Source: Deinococcales bacterium (GTDB taxonomy: Bacteria > Deinococcota > Deinococci > Deinococcales > JAAFIG01). Taken from it: DNA of 64,000 nt. Both the position numbers and the translations under genes were made by a program. The stretch is from the NCBI GenBank assembly GCA_031414595.1, contig JANNVX010000041.1, positions 108,782 to 172,781 on the forward strand, in the 5' to 3' direction. Below the pieces are notes generated by a model. That model saw only the letters and a program-made list of their open reading frames with translations, was not told the DNA's origin and ran no database searches. Every line of letters starts with the position of its first letter. Position 1 is the stretch's first letter. Shown here piece after piece: positions 59,201 to 64,000 of the stretch.

Positions 59201-59386
59201 AGCGTTTCGCAAACTGTTTTTGGCATTCGGTGAATCCGCCCAAAGCAGCAAGGCTAGGCGCTGGCGTGAAACCCGACCCTCGAGCGCCAAAACTGCCATT
59301 AGTACAAGTGCTTTACGGGTCTTTGGGCGTACCTCGAGACCATTTAATTTTAGTACAGGATTTCCTAAAAAGACCAACTCGAGCAT
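56201..59386 (-). CDS. SARP/BTAD transcriptional regulator with STAND-type ATPase and TPR-like C-terminus
   Basis: wHTH (SR..LA.LLW), BTAD (EPLSE.AH..L), LVGR..E, GEPGIGKTRL, LDDAQWAD, T.GQPL, F.HD. Confidence 0.85.
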   Translation of the reverse strand: MLELVFLGNPVLKLNGLEVRPKTRKALVLMAVLALEGRVSRQRLALLLWADSPNAKNSLRNALSSLRYSFGEAVQSDRHNLWLEDFSCDVRTVLSGSLEMVLNSQGDFLEGISLPDAPEAEDWLETIRGQILQAALSTLEVAEPSLAVLEAWSRLEPLSELAHQRLIVFLTNLGQRSKALGVFENFKARLEQEMGVLPVPETLALADALRLEPVQSGRVPSLPSLLLESRLVGRVLEFQRLVVGFHSTAQGSPRVVVLSGEPGIGKTRLAQEFLAWAAARDATVISARAFEGAALAYQCIADALRRVGHLETRLSSVWLAELARLLPELLELPNLPAPVSDESLGRSRVFEAVVKLTKQLGHLLWMLDDAQWADAASLEVLLFTLRRAVLEKIPILLLVTVRSEAMSSLETWLTQLGRDCSLELLPLEAFSRDETLRLLEDVGVPPEALLNWLYHETNGQPLYIAETLRSLVESGGLVAGREGWKVQLEENPRTAPGVRMVIEARFARLSGAARLLLEAGAVLGQGFSFIDVVEVSQIAESDVLAALEECLRARVLLELPAFGLDVVRFAFSHDKLRETALQRLSAPRLQALQKLALTRTYGSAAQRAGHAIGARSWLEAVRLSMQAANEAGRNYAWRDAATHLESARQILTQHPDNTVLGLGLTTDEIGHLFGSLNSIYVTLNEPSEKATGLAAQALALARELGDLRLEGRSLVFAANTYTWSKIEKVEDLYDQAAVIFEGLEDEKGAMETAMSKLNFQRQTTGDNHPIEPILELVARAKKISPDHERWTLVTLADAYQSRGDWQIAAHHWRDILERFELQPISDTMAYYTENLAFCQTNTGFYQDATSYARRALAIKQQIDDNPIFIGMAAVYLAYPLLETGAFNEAYALCNKTFELRHKAQPRMAIEFEFAQSLMLLEQNRFLEAKNILLEARERIPELLKNEQRYGNYIESNLCAASVGLNDWENAAQYARNAILIRQQNNYWRGLHAPKLHHHLEVKALRRLGDNQNADLIALRLSQVVQIGEPLEVNLALCQGKPLEVSESWVLRKKWLETNYEG

Positions 59387-59524
59387 GGCAAAGTATAAGC
59401 GCACAAGTATAGGCACAGAATTTAACGATCCATTTAACATTTTTTTATTGCTCGGTTTGTACAGTCTGACTCAGTGCTTGACTCGGTGAACCTCCGTGAC
59501 CCGAGTTAGGTGCAGGAGGAAATC

Positions 59525-59716
59525 ATGAACGACCTGAATATGTTCCGTGCCTTACAACAAAGCCGTCAAATCATTGAAGAAGAATTTACCCCCAAAGAAC
59601 CAATCAGACTCGCATCCGAAGTGACTAGCACTACGCTAAAACACGAAAGTGCCATAACTACATTACGTGTAAAAATAAAAACTCAAGCCAAACCTAAGCA
59701 GTGGAACGTGGGTTAG
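59525..59716 (+). CDS. Small hypothetical protein
   Basis: Strong GGAGG RBS before ATG 59525; divergent from the SARP regulator. Confidence 0.55.
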   Translation: MNDLNMFRALQQSRQIIEEEFTPKEPIRLASEVTSTTLKHESAITTLRVKIKTQAKPKQWNVG

Positions 59717-59828
59717 CCGCCTTACTAACATGGGCTATTCGCGTCACAAACGCCATAAAAATAACCCTTCTAGAATACCAGAAGGGTTACGACAAATAGC
59801 TAAAAGATTTTTCTCGAGCTTGGTAAAA

Positions 59829-60275
59829 TTATGCGTCGGCTTCGATTTTGTTTTTGATGGTCTCGAGACCCTTATCAAAATCGTTCTGCGGAAAACCAAA
59901 AGCGTTCATTGTTTCAGCCACTTTATTGGCAATGGCGTTCGGTAAGCTGTAACTGAAAATCAGTTGTACCAAGGTTGCGCCGTCTTGTTCTTTGAAACTT
60001 AAGCTGCCTTCGCTCTTGACATTTTCGGACTCGTTTTCATCGTGAATACTGTTCCATTTAATCAGTTCATTCTCGATACTTTCTATCGTTTTTGCATCAA
60101 ATTCAACTTTGGTACGCATTGGTCCACGCACTACCCAATGGCTAGTATCATCACTGGTGCGTTTAATTGATTCAACACTGCCAATAAACTCGGCAAAATT
60201 CTCAAAATTCTGCCAGAACTTATACACTTGTGCAATGGGGGCGTGAATAGCAATAGATTTATCAATTGTAATCAT
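59829..60275 (-). CDS. SRPBCC/polyketide-cyclase-family protein
   Basis: SI.I.AP..QVY.FW..FENF..F, SHW, I.W.S. Confidence 0.82.
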   Translation of the reverse strand: MITIDKSIAIHAPIAQVYKFWQNFENFAEFIGSVESIKRTSDDTSHWVVRGPMRTKVEFDAKTIESIENELIKWNSIHDENESENVKSEGSLSFKEQDGATLVQLIFSYSLPNAIANKVAETMNAFGFPQNDFDKGLETIKNKIEADA

Positions 60276-60434
60276 AGAAACCTCGGCTCGAGCCTAAGCC
60301 CGAACTACTTTGGGAATTTCCGATAGCTGGCTTGAACAGCGACTCCTGTTATTGCCTCGAACCGCGCTGGTCGCGGAGCGTTCAGGTGAGATTTTATTTT
60401 GCTCGAGACAAAAAATAATCACAAGGCATGGCGT

Positions 60435-60486
60435 TACAAAACTACAAAGTATCGGGCTACAAAACTACAAAGTACCGGGTTACAAA
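60435..60486 (+). repeat. 23-bp tandem repeat (about 2.3 copies)
   Basis: TACAAAACTACAAAGTATCGGGC / TACAAAACTACAAAGTACCGGGT / TACAAA. Confidence 0.85.
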
Positions 60487-60534
60487 TTATTTACCTGACA
60501 CATTCGTCACACTTCATCTGTCACAATACATATC

Positions 60535-62409
60535 ATGCCGTCTTTTTCTTCTTCACGCGAACGCTCTTGGCTGGCTTTTAATCGTCGGGTGCTGTTACAA
60601 ACCACCCGCTCGGATGTTCCACTGCTCGAGCGGGTGCGCTTTTTTAGCATCTTCCAAAATAACTTAGATGAATTTTTTACGGCTCGCGCCCAAGCCAGTC
60701 AGCAGATTGCTAAAGCGCCTAAAGCCACTGCCACCAGTCAAAAAATTTATCTGGATTACTTGGCAGCCGCTTCCGAGCAACAAACCAAAGCCCTAACCCT
60801 GCTCGAGCCAGTGCTGCTCGAGTTACACCAAGCGGGGATTCATCTGCTCGAGCCGTCAGATTTAAGCACCGACGAGCAAAATTACTTCGGCGCGTATTTA
60901 GCCGAAAGCATTGCCCCTGCCACCGATGTGCTGCCCCCCGAAAGTCTGACCGCCCTCGACTCGAGGGCGCTGTATTTGGCGGCTGGACTCGAAACCTTAG
61001 AGGCGATTATTCGTGTGCCAGACCGTTTAGCACATTTTATTGCTGTGCCGGGGCGCGAAAAAAGTTTTGTGCGCTTAGAAACCCTAATGCAGTGGCGCAA
61101 CGACCTTTTTTTACCCGAAGCTCGCCCAATGTTTGCGCTGCGTTTAACCAGACGTGCCAATATCGAACTTAAAGGTCAAATAGACTGGGAAGACGTGGCT
61201 CATGCTTTAGAGAGCCGCCTAGATGGTGGGGTCAGTCGGCTCGAGATACAAACAGGTTTTCCGTGGCTGGGGACGGTCAAAAACGCCTTGGGATTGTGGA
61301 ACGAAGAAATCAGCACCGCCACGATGCTCGATTTACGCTGCTTTGATACAATTGCCAATTTGCCCGTGCCGAGCCTCAAATTTAAGCCCTTTGTGCAACG
61401 TAAACGCATCAAGTTTCACACCCATCCGTTTGGCTTTATCGAAAAAAAAGATATGGCGCTTTACCACCCGTCGGACGACTACAACACCGTGGTGCATTTT
61501 GTCGAAGCGGCTGCCATAGACCCCGAAGTGGATAAAATTAGGGCTACGCTCTACCGTCTTGGGCGAGATAATCCAATTGCCGAAGCGCTGCTCTTAGCTG
61601 CCAAAAACGGCAAAAACGTAGCGGTCTTTCTCGAGGGTCGAGCGCGGTTTGATGAACTCGCCAATCTCTACTGGTCTTTACGCTTTAATGCTGGTGGGGT
61701 GCGGGTCTTACCCTATCCACAAGACCTCAAAGTTCATGCCAAAGCCTTGTATGTGCGGCGCAAAGGCAAGGGATTTGTGCATCTTGGCACGGGCAACTAC
61801 AACCCCGCCACTGGCAAGTTATATACCGACCTGAGTTTATTATCTGCCAGTAAACGCCTGACCAAAGATGCCTTAGAGTTCTTCACAGCTTTAGAAGAAA
61901 ACCGCCTACCCAAGCTCGAGTGGATGAAAGTCGGTACACAAGCCCGAGAAACCCTGATTGGGCGAATTCTCGAGGAAGCACACCCAACAGGGCATATCAT
62001 TCTTAAACTCAATCACCTGACCGACCCAAGTGTTTTAGAATCGCTCGAGCAAGCTGCCCAAGCTGGGGCAAAAGTTGAACTGATTATCCGCAGTACCCTG
62101 ACTTTAATTCACCCTAAATTTAAGGCTCGCAGTCTGGTGGGGCGCTTTTTAGAACACGCTCGGATTGCTGCTTTTAAGCGCAACGGCGATTGGGAAGTCT
62201 GGGCGGGCAGTGCTGACTGGATGCCACGCAACTTTGAAAAACGCTTGGAGCTTGTCTTTCCGATTCTGGACAAAACCGTGCGGACACGGGTCTTGAAATT
62301 ACTTCGCGCTCAACTCGAGGATGATGTTAATGCCTTTAGTCTGACCGCCAAAGGCACAGAAAAAGCCTTTTGGGGTGGCACCAAGGACTCACAGAAATTA
62401 CGCTTATGA
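60535..62409 (+). CDS. ppk1: Polyphosphate kinase 1 (compact form)
   Basis: RE.SWLAFN.RVL, NLDEFF, TLYR, ARFDE..N, KVHAK, HLGTGNYN, GRFLEH.R, SADWM.RN. Confidence 0.93.
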   Translation: MPSFSSSRERSWLAFNRRVLLQTTRSDVPLLERVRFFSIFQNNLDEFFTARAQASQQIAKAPKATATSQKIYLDYLAAASEQQTKALTLLEPVLLELHQAGIHLLEPSDLSTDEQNYFGAYLAESIAPATDVLPPESLTALDSRALYLAAGLETLEAIIRVPDRLAHFIAVPGREKSFVRLETLMQWRNDLFLPEARPMFALRLTRRANIELKGQIDWEDVAHALESRLDGGVSRLEIQTGFPWLGTVKNALGLWNEEISTATMLDLRCFDTIANLPVPSLKFKPFVQRKRIKFHTHPFGFIEKKDMALYHPSDDYNTVVHFVEAAAIDPEVDKIRATLYRLGRDNPIAEALLLAAKNGKNVAVFLEGRARFDELANLYWSLRFNAGGVRVLPYPQDLKVHAKALYVRRKGKGFVHLGTGNYNPATGKLYTDLSLLSASKRLTKDALEFFTALEENRLPKLEWMKVGTQARETLIGRILEEAHPTGHIILKLNHLTDPSVLESLEQAAQAGAKVELIIRSTLTLIHPKFKARSLVGRFLEHARIAAFKRNGDWEVWAGSADWMPRNFEKRLELVFPILDKTVRTRVLKLLRAQLEDDVNAFSLTAKGTEKAFWGGTKDSQKLRL

Positions 62410-63273
62410 CTCGAGACCACGAATTTGTTCTGGGCTAATTTGGTATTTTGTACCGCACCAATGACAAATCACTTCTTGCCCACCAGCTTGTATCATCTCT
62501 TGGCGTTCGGTCTTTGAAAAATAGACCAGACTGGCTATGGAACGCTCAACACTGCACCGACATTTCCACTCGAGGGCGAGGGCATCTTCGCGCAATTCTA
62601 GGTTTAAGCCGTGCAGTACGTTGTGAACGGCGTTCAGCAAGCCACCATTTCGCATGGCTGTGGTCAGTTGCCCAAGACCCGCAATGTTCTGCTCGAGGCG
62701 ACTCAGCACTTGGTCTGTGACATTGGGCATGGCTTGAATCAGAATGCCGCCAGCCTGCGTCACACCGCTTAGGTCAAGATGCACCCCAAGCAGCACCGCA
62801 CTGGGGATTTGCTCGGATTGCAACAAATAAGCAGCTAAGTCATCGGCGATTTCACCCGAAACCAATGGCACACTGCCCGTGTACGGTTCGGTGTTCTCGA
62901 GTAAGCGCATCACCGCAAAATCACCGTTTTTACCAACCAGACCGCCAACATCGAGTTTGCCATCTGATACTCGAGGCGGCAAGTCGGCTTCTGGGTATTT
63001 GACATACCCTCTGGCTGTTCCGTCGCGTCCACCTTCGGCAACAATATAGCCAATTGCACCATCCCCTTGAATGCGTAAAGTTACGCGGTCAGTATCGCGT
63101 TTAGAAAGCACTTGACTTAACAACAGCGCCCCTGTTAAAGAACGCCCAAGCGCAGCCGTAGCGGTGGCACTTAAATTATGACTGGCTCGAGCCGAAGCCA
63201 CCAATTGGGTGGTGTCGGCTGCAAAAACCCGCAAGGTTAAACCAGCCGCATGACCCGCGATTAAGTAACTCAT
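62404..63273 (-). CDS. hslO: Redox-regulated chaperone Hsp33
   Basis: ALGR.LT, SGEIA.DL..YL.QSEQ.PS, Zn motif CRCS...CHWC. Confidence 0.93.
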   Translation of the reverse strand: MSYLIAGHAAGLTLRVFAADTTQLVASARASHNLSATATAALGRSLTGALLLSQVLSKRDTDRVTLRIQGDGAIGYIVAEGGRDGTARGYVKYPEADLPPRVSDGKLDVGGLVGKNGDFAVMRLLENTEPYTGSVPLVSGEIADDLAAYLLQSEQIPSAVLLGVHLDLSGVTQAGGILIQAMPNVTDQVLSRLEQNIAGLGQLTTAMRNGGLLNAVHNVLHGLNLELREDALALEWKCRCSVERSIASLVYFSKTERQEMIQAGGQEVICHWCGTKYQISPEQIRGLES

Positions 63274-63809
63274 AGCCTTGCCTCGAGTTGGGTTTTGAAC
63301 TGCAAAAAGTCTTGGTCAGAAAGGACAGGTTGGGCGTTACGGGCTTCTAAGTTCTGTTCAAGCTGAACCCAAGAAACACAACCCGCGTACTCTGGGGTTT
63401 CCTCGAGCAGTACGGGTTCGCAGGTGTAGACCCGTAGCAAAAGCGCATGAACAAAAGGCTTATTGCGGTAATGGTATTTGCGTTCTAAGGCATCAGCAGT
63501 CAGGGCATTGTGCGTCTCGAGTTGACGAATGATTGCTAAATCCTCGAGTTTCCAAGTTTTTTCGACCACGGCAAAAGAGGACAGTTCGACACTGCCAAAA
63601 TTGGGATTTTCACGCAGCAAATCCTGATATTCGGGGCGTAATTCGGCTTCGTTTTGGTGCAAAAAAGTTTTGTAGAACCAAAATTTCTGATGCTCGAGGC
63701 TAAATTCACCGCGTTGTTCGACAATCCCGCCTTTACGCATCAGCAATGCCACACGTCCCAATTCAAGCGCTCGAGTTTGCACATCCCATTCTTTTAAGGC
63801 AACATTCAC
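63270..63809 (-). CDS. DUF1802-family protein
   Basis: ALKEW, L.RKGGI.E, F.HQ, LRVY, Y.GC.SWV.L; GTG start is a best guess. Confidence 0.8.
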   Translation of the reverse strand: MNVALKEWDVQTRALELGRVALLMRKGGIVEQRGEFSLEHQKFWFYKTFLHQNEAELRPEYQDLLRENPNFGSVELSSFAVVEKTWKLEDLAIIRQLETHNALTADALERKYHYRNKPFVHALLLRVYTCEPVLLEETPEYAGCVSWVQLEQNLEARNAQPVLSDQDFLQFKTQLEARL

Positions 63810-63921
63810 AGCCAAAAAATACCATGTTGAAACTTGTACTTTAGTCGGATGTAACACTCCTTTAGGATTTGTCCGTAAATAACTTCCCTATTTGGAAATG
63901 ATGAAACATTGTTTCCTAGCA

Positions 63922-63995
63922 GGACAGACACAGGGGTCTGTCCCTACAAAATCCATAAAAATACGTCAGGTAGGGGCGGACCCCCGTGTCCGCCC
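63922..63995. repeat. Inverted pair of GTAG-type REP hairpins
   Basis: GGACAGACACAGGGGTCTGTCCCTAC (63922-47) and GTAGGGGCGGACCCCCGTGTCCGCCC (63970-95). Confidence 0.85.
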
Positions 63996-64000
63996 TGTGA

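Noticed and set aside
60496-60526. PHO-box-like GTCACA repeats before ppk1
   Set aside because: Spacings of 9 and 14 bp do not fit the 11-bp PHO-box period.

Overview
A 64-kb chromosomal segment of moderate GC (roughly 45-50% by eye), most likely from a Deinococcota/Deinococcales bacterium. The evidence is a DdrB homologue under an RDRM-like operator, a FemABX peptidoglycan-bridge enzyme, and many genes that look leaderless. Content is mostly housekeeping and metabolic: a LacI-frcBCA-FGGY sugar operon, ggt, argC, ptb, holB, rnhB, kptA, ffh, pxpA/pxpBC, accBC, rbsK, a GH38 mannosidase, luxS, comEC, skp, tRNA-Gly(TCC), sseA, ppk1 and hslO. I see no transposase, integrase, prophage or CRISPR array. 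The most unusual signals are non-coding. (1) A 38-40-nt structured mini-element, T(N)TCTTG-stem-GCACCTNNCGGGC-stem'-CGC, occurs 7 times at 4 loci: inserted in the middle of GTAG-type REP hairpins, in frame inside pxpBC, and nested three deep inside itself. (2) The palindrome CTCGAG is strongly over-represented throughout the window. (3) A chain of two overlapping mini-ORFs made from copies of the holB 5' end links holB to the upstream gene. (4) Several 7-nt tandem-repeat families sit between genes. Protein-level curiosities are an ABC-ATPase + DUF4276 pair, a kinase-less Hpt-pseudoreceiver + WspR-like pair, an MFS with a repeat-built ~280-aa insertion, and a histone H1-like protein beside ddrB. 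All product calls come from motif recognition by eye; no database search was run.
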